Shown here piece by piece: positions 23,009-38,114 of a stretch of DNA of 64,000 nucleotides. The stretch comes from a virus (Duplodnaviria > Caudoviricetes): positions 1-64,000 of the IMG/VR virus record IMGVR_UViG_3300021426_000077. One strand, written 5' to 3'. The translations under genes were made by a program, and so were the position numbers. Position 1 is the stretch's first letter; each line of letters opens with the position of its first letter. The notes under the pieces are model-generated. The model saw only the letters and a program-made list of their open reading frames with translations, was not told the origin of the DNA and searched no databases.

Positions 23009-25408
23009 CTATAATCTTTCTAAAGCTTCATTCATTGTTACAGACATATTTGCCCCAGGACCTAAATTAAAATTAATATTTTGAATTATATAATCTCCAA
23101 AAGTATTTGTAGATAAATCAGAAATATGAGTTCTAGTATTAGGCTCTAAATAAAAAGCTGGTAATGCGGTTATATTTACAGTTTTTTGATAATTTGTATG
23201 TAAAAATAATTCATAACGAATTGCTTCATAAGCTCCATTTAAATATCCACCAATAATTAAATTTGAGAAATCTGTATCTGGCACTTTTATTCATGCTTGC
23301 CCATTATTAATGCATTCTAATCATTGTTTTTCTAAAATATCTTCTGTATTTTCAGCTATTCTCTGTTCAGTTATTGTAGTATTATCAGATCAATTTTGTT
23401 CTGGTTGATCCATATTTAAAAATATTACATCTGGAATTTCTGGAGTAAATAAACAATTTATTTCATCATTGTTAACTACATCTACTCTTCTACCTATATT
23501 TTCTATACTATATATCCCAAGAGAAGAAGAATTAGCATCAATGATATCAAAATAAAAATTGCCACTTGTTAAAGTTTTATAATGAATAGATCCGTTTTCT
23601 TCTTCTCCAAAAAATTTTTGATTTTCTCTGCGGAGATCATATTCATTTGGTCAAAAGCTATATAAATCTTGATAATATTCTCCTGGATCAGTTCCATTAG
23701 CATTTGCTTCAAGACCGTAACATAATAAGAATGTTCTTCAGTCAATTGCGTAGTAATCGTCATAAACAATGGGAGATTTTGATTCAGCTTGCGGATTAGA
23801 TAAATCTTCTTTTAAATATAGATCTATATATTTTAATTCTTCATTAATTCACATTACAAATTTTTCTGTGCCATCCGCTTCATAATAATGATAAATTTGA
23901 TCCATATTGCCAACTGTTGGTAAAACATCAACATCAAATCATTTTCCTAGTTGATTAGTTTGTAAAATAGGACTATTTTCTGTGTATTCTGGGTATGTAT
24001 AATAAATTAAATTGTGAAAAAGTCCATAATAAGGAATTTTATCATTATCTGATTCATCTACTTTATGATCATGAGTATTGTTTGTATACCCAACAATCTC
24101 TGGCTTATTGTCAATAACTAGTCTATATCTAATTGCCATTTTTATTCCGCTATCTGATGATCTCATTCCATTAATAATAAAATCATTTTTAATATTATTA
24201 TAATTTGGAGTCATTGTAATAGATGTAATATTTTTACTATCTTCAAATGTAAAGCTAGTTTTATCATTTACAGTATCTATTAAATATTGTAATTCAGTAC
24301 TTGTATCTAAACAAAATTGACCCTTCTCTAATGAGATATATCTACCCGGATTTTCTGTCTCTTGGAGAACTATTTCAGATTGATTTATGTTTAAATAATT
24401 CTTAATTTCTCTAAAATGAAAAATACCAAATACATCATAGAAATATTCATAATTTCCTAATTGATTTTTTATTTGATCTAATACACTGCAGATACTATCT
24501 CCTGCGGCAGCAGTAATTTCACTAACAGGAGTAAAATCTGCGTATACATATCCAATATCATCTCCAGAAGAATATTCTGTATAAGTGCCTTCTTTATTTT
24601 GTTCTTTATGATATTGATAGTAAAAACTTTGTGTTTGTTCATCTCATTCTTTACTAAGATAAACTGGATTTGATCCCATTCAAGCAACAATTTTCTTAAT
24701 TCTTAATGGAACATCTTGAATAATAATATTACTTAAATCTTCTTTTCCTCAATGATTCATTAGTTCTGTTATTAAATTATAATAAAGAACTTTTTGTTCA
24801 ACTACTTCTCCTTGTGTTGTTTGAGTTGTCATAGTATCAAATCTGATTGTAGCAGGAAGTTTTCCTCCAATATCTCCATTTAAAAGACACATTTTATCTT
24901 TTAAATTTAAAGTAAGATTAACAGCAGAAGAGGTTGCAGAATTTATACTAAAGGAATTAATATAAAAAACACCTTGAGGAAATCATAAAATAGGATATTC
25001 TAAATATTCATTTGTTTTATTTTCAATACCAATTTCAATAAATATTTTTTTATTTAAAGCAAAATCCATTTCAATATTATCTACATTATATTCTCCACGA
25101 CTTACTGAACAAGTTAAATTTGCGGAGCGCCGCACATTACTATTTCCATCTTTGGAAATAGATCCACTAGAAATAATACCTTGAATTTCTTTAATAGGAT
25201 TTTCTTTTCAATCTAATAAAGTCATATTTATATGTTGTTTTTGATTAACAAATGTATCTATTTTTGCAAGAAAAGATTGTTTTTTTCGTTCAGTATTTAA
25301 ATTATAATTATATGGAGATTCCATATAAGAATAATTTTCAATAATTTTTTGAGGAATCTTAGATAAAGGAGTGTAAGATTCTTCAAGATAAGGATATTTT
25401 TTTCTCAT
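23009..25408 (-). CDS. Tail hub/Tal-like protein (DUF5048-like), 799 aa
   Basis: LLDW(TGA)...GSISKDGNSNVRRSANL...W(TGA)FPQGVF...GNYEYFYDVFGIFHF...YLEPNTR; three track ORFs in frame. Confidence 0.7.
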
Positions 25409-25428
25409 TTTATCTCACACTCCTTATT

Positions 25429-28400
25429 TTAAACATAAATTTTTTGCATAATATTTGCCTTATAATTAATATTTCCTTCTATTGGAATATGAACATTTAT
25501 TGTATTTGAAGAATAATCTACATCATACAATAATCCATTGTATTGTAATTTATAACTACCACTACTATCATTAATAGGATATAAATGATTATTTATTCTA
25601 TTATTACTTCAATTATCCTCTTCATAATATTCTCAATCACAAAGATTGTTTGAATTATCTGATTTGAACATTTGCCTTCCAAGTATAGTACAGTCATTTA
25701 TTGAATAATTAGCATCTAAATTTAATATACCATTTTGATCTGCTACATATACAGTTGAATTTGACTCTCCTGCTAATGAAATATTTAATCTAGAATAAGG
25801 AGTTCCTTCAAATGACATTGCACTTCAAGAATCTAATTTATGTTCATAGGTAATTTCTTTATTTTTATCATATGCATAATATTTTGCAGTTAATAATGAT
25901 GTGATATTTTGATTATAATTTCAATATCCATCAATTTGTCCAACAATTTCTTCAAATGCTTCATATGCTTGTGGCATACTAATATCTATATAATTTAAAT
26001 CTATATGTGCTTTATAATCAATAGTTGCTTGAGCTTCATTAAATAATGAAATTTCTGAAACTTTTACATTGGCAGGTATTTCATAATAGCCTTCATATTT
26101 TATAGGATTTTCTATTGTTCATTCTCCGTTAACATAATTTTTATTTGAGGTACTAATATAATATTGATAAGCAATAAAAGGTTCTTGATGATCAGTTAAT
26201 TGAGTAATTTGACTATATCAAGGAGTTTCTTGAGTTGGCCATTCTACTTTAATACGAATTCATACTGTATTATTAGGTTCTTCTGGCCTAACGGTTGTCC
26301 ATGAAGCTGAATTGACCGCAGGTTTGCTATTGCTTTCACAATATTCTTTAGTTACTTTAAATTCTTCAATTTCTTCAATAAAAACAGGATCAGTATATTC
26401 AGATCCTATTCCTAATGTATTGTCATAATCTATCTTTATACGAATTCAAATAAATTTATCTTTAATATCATCGTTTATTTTTTTCTTAGCAGGAACAAAT
26501 ATAGTACGAGATAATTGTTCAATATTATTATTTTCATCATAATCATTATAAGGATTAATTAAACTAAGTTTTAATTTATATCCTAATCCTAAATTATAAC
26601 TAACATCATCTGAAGGCGTTGCTGTTCCTTTATCATCAATTAATTTTAGTATTTTAAGTAAATTTGAAGAATTTTCAACAGCAATAGAATTGTCTCCTTC
26701 TCATAAAACCAATTCATTACCCGGTATATCTGCAATAATAGAGGCTTCAGTATCCTCTCATCTACTAAGTCATTCAGTTAAAGTATTTATTTCTTTTCAT
26801 TGAGCTATTAAATTAACACTGTGATTTCTAGTATAAATATCTCCTGGTTGATAAATTTCAAATCATTCAAGATAAAAACGCTCTCATACATGTATTCCAT
26901 CAGTACTAATAGGAGAATTTGTTGTTCATTGATCATCATCAGGATTAGGAATAACAGTTGTAGAAGAAACATAATATTCTTTAACAATATTAAGTTGATT
27001 ATATTCTGTAATACAAACTGGAGTGCTATAATAATAATTATTATCATTCGGTCATTTTATTTTAATGCGAGATCAAATATATTTATTATCTTCTTGTGTT
27101 GGTTTATCTGTACTTCATTCATTCGATGATTGAAGTAAAGGAGTAATTATAGAATCAGATAAACAATACTCTTGAGTTAATTGCACTCTATTTTCTTCTA
27201 TCATTTTAGGTGCATTAGAGCCACTTTGGTCATATCCAAAATATTCAATTTGATTAGATTTTCATCCAGTAAAAACATGATCTAAATAAATCGGCTTAGT
27301 ATAAGAAAGCTTAATATCTTGATTATAAATTTTTGTTTGAGATACTGGAACACTTTGATTATTTCCTTCACCTGCATTATAATCAATATTATATTTTGCA
27401 GTTGTTCATTTTGCATAAACAGTAATATTATCAGAAGGAATAAAAACGATTGAATTTGTAGAAATTAATTTGTTATAATTTTTATCAGCATACCATCCTT
27501 TAAAATCATATCCATAACAAAAATCTGGTGGAGTTAAAATAACATATCTATTAATAGTATTATAATTTTCTTTTAAAACCGGAGTACTATAATCTATTTG
27601 ATTATTGCTTCAAATATTTTTAGTGCGCACTCATAAATAATTATTTTCAGGTATATTTTCTGGTTCTTCTTCAGATCATTCAACTTCATTAGTAGGTTCT
27701 TCGGTACTGCTATTTGATATATAATATTCTAAATTATAATCAACTATATTTGATTTTTCTCATTGAGCATATAAAGATATATCTTTATTTTCAACATATT
27801 GCTGATTAGAATTATATTCAATTCCATCCCCATCGATATTTCTATTTCATTTTTGCATAAAATTATATCTAGAAATTGGTTGAACATTATATGTATCTGT
27901 CTTTTTATAATAATTAGAATTATTATAATCTATTACAACCGTATATCTATTTATTTCATCATCTCTATAAAGCATTATATCTGAAATAGTGCTAGGGACA
28001 CCTACTGCGGCGGTTGTTACTAAAGGCCCATAAATTTTATTTTCTTGAGTATCTGTATATCAACCTTTATTAAAATTGTATACAATTTCATAATTTTCAC
28101 TAGCTACTGGCCTAGCTCGTAAAATTAAATTATTATTAGTTGTAGGCTGATATTTTTCTCCTGGTTGCCCTTCACCAATATGAATTTCTTGATTATTAAT
28201 TACTTCATAAATATCTCACATATTATAGTTAGAATTATTAATTATAGGTAAAGTAATTACTGAAGTAATTGATTCTGAATCTCATTGTGGATAAAGTACA
28301 AGATCAATATTTGTTTCATCTTTTTGAATTGTTCCTTTTTCAGAAACTCCTGCTATATATATATCATTTTTATTATAAATATTTTCTGGATTATTATCTG

Positions 28401-31107
28401 AAGGATTGTCATTAATATTTCAATTTTTAAATAGATATGAAGTTGCTGCATTAAAGATATTTTCTTGAATTAATTCTTCTCCAATATAAAAACTTGCATT
28501 AAAAGTGTGTTGTTCAGCTTTTCTTCTTGGTTCGATTGAACTAATTCTTAAATGATCTCCGTAAGATCAATTTCTTTGTGGTTCTGGTAAATCTTCAATA
28601 TTAACCCCTTGATTAGGGAGATACTCAATATTATATGCTATCTTTTTTCATTTTGCATATAAAACAATATCTTTTCTTTCTGGGCTTAATAAATCTGAAG
28701 CATATGAATTTCCTGGTTCTAATTTAATTGTATCATATTTTGGACTTTGATACCATCCATCAAATATATATCCGTTTCTGTGTTTACCTTCTAATAATGT
28801 TGCTCCATCAATTCGTGGACCTCAAATTGCATTTAAATTAATAATAGTTCCAGGAGAAACAGTAAAAGTGACTGTATCGCCAGGAAAATAGTGAGTATCA
28901 TTGTCTGGATCATTACCATATAGCCAATATTCAAAAGGTATATTTTCTTGAATATCATTTTCTCTTTCAGAAGTTCCATCTTGATAATCATAAGTAATTG
29001 AATATGGAGTAACAGTTGCAGTAGAACTGAGCTTTATTTTTGGCTTATTTAAACTAAGTACTGTTGTACCAGGACTAATTGAAACTTCTACAGAACTAGG
29101 CATATTGTCTACAGAGTAAGTTACAGTATTTTTATTATATTGAAGTATATATGTAGTAGGAATTCAATGTGCATATAAATATTCTGTATTATTTCTCTTA
29201 TTAACATACTTATCTTCTAATTGATAATTTTTAGCATCTGGTTCTATAATTTTATATGAATAATCATTATCATATACAGAACTATATCACCCAGTAAATT
29301 CATAATTATCTCTAGGTGCAAGAGCCGGAAGATTTGTTAAAGTAGGATATTCAGTAGGAGGATGTTCTATTCATTGTGCAGATAAAATTATATCTTCATA
29401 TTTATTATATTGATCTCCCGCATTATAAATAGTGATAGCGCCAGATTGATCTTTATTTAATCAAGTTCCATCAAATTCATAAGTAGTTGTATTAAAAACA
29501 GAAGCAGTAAAAATAGAAGTTTGATCTGTAAATATTCCATCTGTGGAATGAAATTCTACGTTATAATTATTTCGTTTACTTCCAGGAGAGATATTATGAG
29601 AAGATGTTGTAGCTAAAGTTATAGGTATTCCTTGATATGTAGTTGTAAATGAAGGGGTAATTGAACCTCCATTTCCATCATAAGTAACAGTATATTTTAG
29701 TCTTTCTCATTGTGCATATAAAGTAATATCTTCAGTTATAGCTGGTAAAATATTTTTTTGATTTTTAGTATAACTTTTTCCAGTACCATCTGCTTTAGAA
29801 TTTCATTCTTTGAATTTATAATACAATAAACTTGGAGTTTTATCAATAGTACTTCATGGATCACCATAATTATGAAGTACATTATTTGGAATATCAGTTC
29901 AATCTATATCTATATTTTCTGGAGCATCTTGAGGTTTTTGGCCTGTATAAAAAACTCTTTTTTGAACACGAATTCATTGAGCAGATAAAGTCGTTGATTT
30001 ATTTTTAATATATTGGCTTTCATTAGATACAGTATAAATATCTCCATCGCTATCAATTCAATGTTCAAATGTATATCCTGTTTTTTCTGGAACATGCGTT
30101 AATGCAAGAGGAACATTATATTCTTTATCTTCTGATAAACCTCATTCTCAATATCCTCCATTTAATTCATAATTAATTGTATAAATTGCTGGAATTCATT
30201 GAGCATATAATGTTAAATCTGTAGTATCTTCATAAAGACCTTGTGATTGACCTGCGCCATAAGAAGTTCCAGTACCATCAGAAGCAGTATTTCATTCATT
30301 AAATAAAAATCCATCTCTTGGTACATAACCAGAAATTGTTTCTCAATTTTGTCCATATGTAGCTGTTTGTTCTTCTGATGCTTGATAACTGTTTAATGGA
30401 TGATTATATTCATATTTTACAGTATAATTATTAGGAGCAAATTGTGCATAAAGATCTAGATTACTATTTGTTGTGATTTCAGTTGTATAAACTGTTCCAC
30501 TTCCATCTTGATTGGTTGTTCATTTATTTAAAAAATGATATCCTAATTTTGTGCCAGGAGATTTAGTAGTTATTGGAAGTGTTGTATCGTGTCATTTTGT
30601 TTCTATTCAAGATGAAGTAACAGACCCTTCATTTGGATAATATGTTACAGTATATTTAGTTTTAGGATTTACTAAAATTCTTACTGTAGCAGAAGTTTCT
30701 CTAAAATTTCTTTCAGGAATATAAGTCCGAAATTCAAGTAAAAATCCTTCATTATTTTCAGATCGATTAAATGTTTTATCATATGTAAGTTTACCTACAA
30801 TAACACCTTTATTATCTGAAGTATCTCTACCTTTTGTAATATCATAAGTATTTTTTAACTTTACTCAACCATATCAATTATTACCACTAATATCTTTAGA
30901 AGTACGATATCAAAGTTCAAGTTCAAAACCATAATCATAATTATGATAATAATGACCATCACCATCACGAGCACAACAGTATATATAAAAACCAGCTTGA
31001 CTTTTTGTATTTAATGTTTGTTCACAATAAATATAAGGTTGAATTTTTCGATTATGGCCATCTGTAGCTCATGCAGCTGTTCCTCATTTTTCTCATTCTG
31101 TCGCCAT
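25429..31107 (-). CDS. Large tail protein with many Listeria-Bacteroides repeats, about 1,892 aa
   Basis: Roughly ten or more YxVxY..NG...GYxFxxW...LYAxW units and W-S...P...YIW-xR repeats; track ORFs at 29103 and 25818 are in frame. Confidence 0.7.
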
Positions 31108-31128
31108 ACTTAATATGCACCTCCTAAG

Positions 31129-33450
31129 CTATTCTTCGCTGGTAACTAATATATATTGATGTAAATCTGAATCATATTTAAAGTTATATTTTGTATCTCC
31201 AATAGAAATATTTAAATCTAAATTATTATTTTCTTTAAGATTCATGCTAGTTAAATCATATCATTTTGGACTAGATTCAAAATAAATTTTTACATCTGTT
31301 AAATAAATAGAATTTTCATCAATTTTATAATTTTCATATACACTATTGTAAGCATCATTAATTTCATCTAATAATGATTTACAATTTACTATATATTGAT
31401 TTTCAGATGAATTATTTTGAACAATAGTTTTAAAATTATTATTAACAGATTTTACAAAATCGGTTTGTCTAGAACTCGCTATATAATGATTTTTTTGCCC
31501 TACTCAAACTTTTTCATTTAATTGACTATTTTCGTCTCGTCTTTTTAAATAAATATTTGTATTAAAATCGTTTTTAATAGAAAAAATTCCAAGAGTAGAC
31601 AAATCAGTTAAAGAATATCCGTCTCCAACTTCATATACTGTCGCAGAAAAATTCCAAATTCTGCGGCTAAGCTGTGCATTTGGTGTGAGAGAAACAGCAT
31701 CAAACATTACAAGTAAATTACCTTCAGTCATTGAACGATAAAGTTTTGGTTCTCCATCATTTAACCATTCAATTACTTCTTCACGGAATTTTCTTTCTCA
31801 CCATCAATTGTCTATTGGATAAATGTCATGATTTGTATTATTTTGAGTATCTAACATCGATTTTCTAGACTTATTATAAGGTTTATCTATATTTTCTCAA
31901 TCATATTGTTCTATTTCTGATATATAATTGCTAATATCTGATTGTCGATTAATCATTTTATCATTACGAATTATATATTTACCATTCATTTGTTCATTAT
32001 AAATATTCATTTCTTCTGCATAGTCTAAATCAGAAATAAACTTACGATTATAATCTTCTTCAGCAGAAATTATCCCTGTAAGTTGAAATTGTTTATAATG
32101 CATTTGCGCATTCTGTGCAAATCGAGGATATTTTCCGCCTAAAGTATCAATTTTTATTCGATTTACAACTGGAGTCATACTAGATATTTGTGCGTTATAA
32201 CGGATAGCTAACTGTTTATCTCCGCGTAAAATTAGTATATCATGAAAATCTGGATACACAATTTCATTAGTTTTTACAGTTTTACTTCATAATCCGCCTA
32301 AAGTTAAATATTGGCATGAATATTTATAATTTACTAAACTGCCAATAGTTTTATCTATAAAAGTTGTTGATACGTGACTACCATCAGCAAAATAAGTACA
32401 ATCAATAATTTCTCAATTTAAATATTTATCTAAGCTGCTAGCTCGTTTAATAAATAAATATCCCGCAGGTAATATATTTGAAACAGTAATATTAATTGTT
32501 ACCCAACCATCTTCAGATGTAACTAATATTTGTTTATTATCTTCTGTATAAGGAAGTGTAATTTTATTAAAATTTCAAATAGGATTAAAATCTAAAATAC
32601 TTAAATCAATAAGTTTAAAACTATATCTTTTTTCAAAAGTATAATGGTTATTTGTTGTTAAATATAAATTTAAATCATATTTAGTATTAATAATTCCATT
32701 TGTTAAATCACATAATCAATTAAATGTATTAGTATTTTCTTCAACAAATTGAATGCCACTATCTTTAATTAAATTTCCATTATTATCAATAATTTCAACT
32801 TTAAAAGATTCAAGATGTTCAGTTGTTTGAGTGTTATTAGGAGGAATAAAAGACACTACTCCGGTAATGGGAATAATTCCAGGGGTATATTGAGGAATTT
32901 TTTTTGACATTATTTCAAAATCTGTATCAAAATTTGTTAATTTAACTTCAATTTCTGGAATTGCTTTTAATAAAGTTACAGCAGATCATTCTGAAAAATA
33001 AGCTCGTTTATTTGTTAAATATAAATTATCAATTTTTTCATTTTCTTTTAATTCATATTTGTCAAATCTAATTTGAACTTTATAATAACAATCACAGGTA
33101 TAAGAAGGTTCATCTTCATTTAATTGTCTTAATAAATATGAAGGAATTTTTAATTTATAATAATTTTTTGTATGATCTCCTGTTAAAAATGAATTATTAC
33201 CAAGAGTAAAAGGAATAATTCAAACTCCATTAGTTAATACTGTTCCATCATAATTAGATCGCGGATTACTTAAAGCAAAAACATTTTGATTAGTTTTTTG
33301 ATTAACTAACGTAATATGTAAATGCTTAATTTCTCCATAAGAATTATAAGGAGATATAGTAAAATATATCTCTGCATCTTGAGTATATAAAAAAGGAATT
33401 TGGAAAGTATCAACTAAAGGAGGATAAAGAGTGCTTAAAATAGTTGCCAT
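31129..33450 (-). CDS. Tail/baseplate (distal tail-like) protein, 773 aa
   Basis: LYPPLVDT...FSEW(TGA)SAV...DTLGGKYPRF...EWLNDGEPKLYRSMTEGN; four track ORFs in one frame. Confidence 0.65.
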
Positions 33451-33475
33451 ATTTTATCCTCCTTTCGTATTTAAA

Positions 33476-33727
33476 TTAATTTTCTTCTTCAAAATTATTG
33501 TTATTATTATTTGACATTTGCGGAGTCCCTGAATTTTCTCTCGCTTTTAAATAATTTTCTTGTTGCTCTGTTAAATAATCTCGTAAAACTTGTTGTTTTA
33601 AATTAAGAAGAACTTTTGTTAAAGCATCTTCCATTTCAGCTGCCGCAATATTATATTGTGACATTACAGAATCAACTCATTGTTGAGCTGAAATTTCTAG
33701 TTCTAAACGAGTTTGTAAATTAATCAT
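33476..33727 (-). CDS. Hypothetical protein, 83 aa
   Basis: ATG with RBS AAGGAGA; MINLQTRLELEISAQQW(TGA)VDSVMSQY... Confidence 0.6.
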
Positions 33728-33739
33728 TTAATCTCTCCT

Positions 33740-36700
33740 TTAATCTCCATTATAAATACGAAGACCGCCATCTACAGCATTAGCTCTAGCATCTGTTGCA
33801 GCTTTTAAACATCCTTCAATAGCATCTTTTAAAGAATTTACTTCCATATAATATGAACTATTTTCACTATGAATATCAATATTATTATTTCCATTAAAAA
33901 TACTATTTTTAAAATCTATATTAAATTCTCCTGGAACGCTTAAATAAACATTATCTATTGTTGGCGATTCTTCATCAATTATATTATCAAATTCTGACTT
34001 ATTTATAAGTAGTTTCATATAAGGAACAACATTTAAATCTTTTCCAGCTTCAAATATAGCTCCTATATATTCAGTGGTATCACCGACTGCTTGATTAAAA
34101 CGTTTAGTTAATCCAAAATACATAGATGCTTGATTATTATTGTCATCTAAAGTGCCGATAATATTTGCTTGTAATTGTCCTCTTGAATTAATACCAGCTA
34201 AAAAAGTTCTATCTCCTAATATTTTACCATTTTTAATAGCTTCTTGTTTTCTAAATTCACTATTATGTCTAAAAATAGTAAAAACAGTAGGAGTTTGCGG
34301 ATCGAGCTGAATTTCGACAGAATCTCCACGTTTTAGATAAGCATTTGAATCTCCAATAATTTCATCATCTGTCAACATTGTACCAACAATTGACATATAT
34401 GGAGGATCGCTTGAAAATAAAATTCCAGAATCATGTACTTTAATATCTTTTCTGTGATGCTCTGCATAATCTCGTTTTTTTGGAGTTTCTTCGTCATGAG
34501 AATATTTTGGACCAATTTCTCCAGAATATTCATATTTATATCGGCCATTAGTTGTTTCTCAATATTCGGCTACATTTTCATCAGAAGTATTAAAAATTGG
34601 TAGTGGTTTCATTGTATAGTACAAACTACGACGACCAATTTTTCAACCACCAATTTTACTTTCGCCGCCAGGACGAAGTTCTATACGTCCTTCTCCATAA
34701 TCTTCTTCATCTTGTACCGGGACAGAAATATCGTTATTTGTTTTAATCGTATATCCATCGGGTAAACCAAAAGTTGCATTACCAGTTTCCGCATCTAAAA
34801 AGATAGATTGTAAGCCACAAGAATAGCCAAATAAACCAATCTGTTTTTCTTTCTCTGCTTTGCCAGTATAAGTTTCTGTTTTACCCATTAAAATACCAGT
34901 AAAACGATTATTACTATCTTTTTCACCAGCTCCTACTTGTGGAGCCATTACATAACCACCTTCATTATCAATGGTTACGCTGTTGCCATCTCAGGCATTA
35001 AGAGAAGCTAATCCAAAAGTATTGAGACTCATATGAATAGGCGCATAAACAATTGCAATTAAAACATTGTTTTTATCGTAACATCTTGCTTCTATTCTGT
35101 TATTTGTAATACTACCATTGTAATTATCATTAGGTAATACATAAACTAATTCTTTATCTAATCCTATTTTTGTTAATGTAAATCTTTTAGTTTGACTATC
35201 TTTATTAGCTAATAATGAAAAACATGGAGTACCTTCCGCATAAGTAATATTATTATTTAATCCAATATCTTTATCAAATCCTCCTTTTGCACTATATTCT
35301 ACTAAAGTAATATTATCAGGAAGATTTAGTTTTAATCCTTTATTATGATTATAAATTGGATTGCGGCCATCATTATTATATGTAATTTCATTTAAATAAT
35401 ATTGCTTATCAATTGAAATTAAATCTTCATTTGTTTCTGGATTTTTTAAGTATTTAATAATTGGTAAACTAACAAAAGCATAATAAGTTTCATTGTCATT
35501 TAATTTGACTTCCGCCTTTAAATTTTGAATTAAAGGTAATTTATGATCATCATACACTTCTGTTTTTCAAATTAAATTTAATCCAGTTTCAAAATATTTA
35601 CCTTGTTTATTTCCTGCTAAAGAATAAATAGGAGAATTAGAATATTTTAATTTGTTAGAGCGTTGATATAAAGAAGTTCTAAATATTGGAATAATATTTC
35701 CAGTATCATTGGTATTCTTAAAAATAACTTGAGATGATTTTAAAATACGTTGTTTATCTGTATTAATAAAAGATTGATTATTGTCATAAATATATAATGT
35801 TACAGGTTCTTTTTCTAATACATTATAATAATCATCATCTTTATTATATTCTATCTTAGCAATAATATCAGTACCATTAGTACCATTATCGCCTTCTTTA
35901 CCAAAGTAAAATTTAGTATCTTTATATAAATCTAATCCATCAAATGAAATATGACAAGTAATTTGATTATTATAAGAATCTGGATTGTAATCTTTTTCAA
36001 TATCAAAAATACAAATAGTATTATTATTTGTAGATTCAGAAGATATTAACAAACTTTGATCTTTTGGAGGAAAAATTCATTCAATTTGATAATTATTTGA
36101 ATCAATTTCTATATCATTTAAAGTTGTTAATTTTGCAATTAAATTTTTAATTTTTAACGGATCTTTATTAGATTCATCTGTTGGAGCTTTACCATAAATA
36201 TCATATTTAAATATTTGGTCATCATTTTCAATTTCAATTTTATAATTATTAACATTAACATTAGAAATTTCATTTATAAAATCTAATTTTGCAGAACCTA
36301 TATTAAAATAAGTATTTTTTTCTAAATTTCTCTTTTGAACGTAACACATTACTGAAAAATTATTATTAATATCAGCAACAGGGCATATAATTCTTGTTAT
36401 ATATTTTGATTGTTTTGCTTCAACAATAGCATTATTAGAAAGACGAGTTTGTCTTTTAATATTTTTTAAAATAGTAGATTCAGTTAGTTGTGAAACTAAA
36501 TTTATATTTTTATCATTTTCTTCTTGGTCTGTTAAAAATATTTTATTACCATTATTATCTATTATACATCAATTATATATATATTCGGGAAATAAATCAT
36601 ACTGTTCATTAAATCCTTTTTCTATAAAAGTGGAATCTCCTATATCTTTTATTTTTATAGATATAGTGGGTAGCCCAGCATCAAAAGAAAATTTAGTTCC

Positions 36701-37984
36701 TAAATCTGATTCTAATTTTAATAATGGAGTGTTTAACTCATTATATATAGAAAATTCATATTCTAATATAATATCATTATATTGAGCTATGCATTTATAA
36801 TTATTTTTATATGCTGTATTTTCTTCAATTGTAGTAGAAAAAATTTCGTTTGTATTAAAATTATTTAATTCTTCTCATCCTATTCCCGCAAGAGTATTAC
36901 TATTATTTGAAAAAGATTCTTTAAATCAATAAAATTTAGTATTAATATTTGAAGAAAGATCTTCATAAAATTTTCTTAAAAAAGTAGCTTTAAATTGAAT
37001 AGGATCAGTAGAATTTTCTGTAATAATAGAATTTGAATTATTATAAGGCTCTATTTTTAAACTGTAATCATTTATTTCTTGTATCTTTTTTAAAGGATAT
37101 AATTGAATATTTTTAACTAAAATATCCGGACCATTCGGATTACTAGGAGGCCAAATTTGTTCACGATTATAATCTTGAACAAATCCTTCTTGAAAAAATA
37201 CAATACTATCTAAATAACTCAATGTTTTTGTATTTAATTGAATAATATTATATTGATTGGATCATTGATTAAATAGAAAAGCATTTCCTATCATTTTATC
37301 TGAAGTTAAAATAAATTGTTCATATTTATAACTATTTTCAGAAGTATTTAAATTATCAAAAGCAAAATTAAAAATTAAACCATATTTTGCATTAGATTGT
37401 TGTCTTTGTAATAAATCTAAATTAGTTTGAAATTCTGCTTGAATCATTAAAGCGATTGCTTCATTTTTATATATATCTAAAATATTTTTATTAAAATTAA
37501 TATCGTTATTATCACTATCTTTTTGATAAATATATTGATAATAATGCGCAGTATTTGTATCATTTGAATTATTATTATCATGTCATGAATGTAATCCATA
37601 TACATTATCTTTAATTGAAGTTAATAAATTATGACTTAATTTAGCATAAGAATTAGATTCTGAAATAACAATTTGTTTCTGCATTTCATTCTGAATAGTT
37701 TTTGTGGCTCCAATAATAATTTTTTCATTTGAAAAATTACCTTGTGGAATTAATACATAGACAGAAGTATTAGGAAGATATACGTCATCTACGCTTTGAC
37801 AAATTGCATCAAAGGTACCACCGCTATAATATACTTGATATACAGGCTTTCCATTTTTTTGTCCAAGATTTTTCTTAACTATTGCTGTAATAGTTTTATC
37901 TAATTCTAATTCATTGATGCGCTGCGTGACAATAATATCGGCAGCTTTTAGTAATGATTCTTGCATTGCTTGCATATTTGCCAT
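33740..37984 (-). CDS. Large tail/baseplate protein, about 1,414 aa
   Basis: Eight track ORFs in one frame joined by TGA; N-terminal OB-like VYVLIPQGNFS; LNAW(TGA)DGNS...APQVGAG...FTGILMG...KIGGW(TGA). Confidence 0.7.
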
Positions 37985-38004
37985 ACTGCGCTTCCTTTCT
38001 GTAT

Positions 38005-38045
38005 AAAAAAAGAGGGAAGAGTTAAAGCAATATTAACTCTTCCCT
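38005..38045 (-). terminator. Intrinsic terminator after tape measure gene
   Basis: AGGGAAGAGTTAA/TTAACTCTTCCCT 13-bp stem plus T-run. Confidence 0.8.
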
Positions 38046-38114
38046 TAATATTCGCCTTATATCTCATTCTTTAATAATTAAAAAACAAAATAAAGACTTT
38101 ACTGTTTTCTACCC

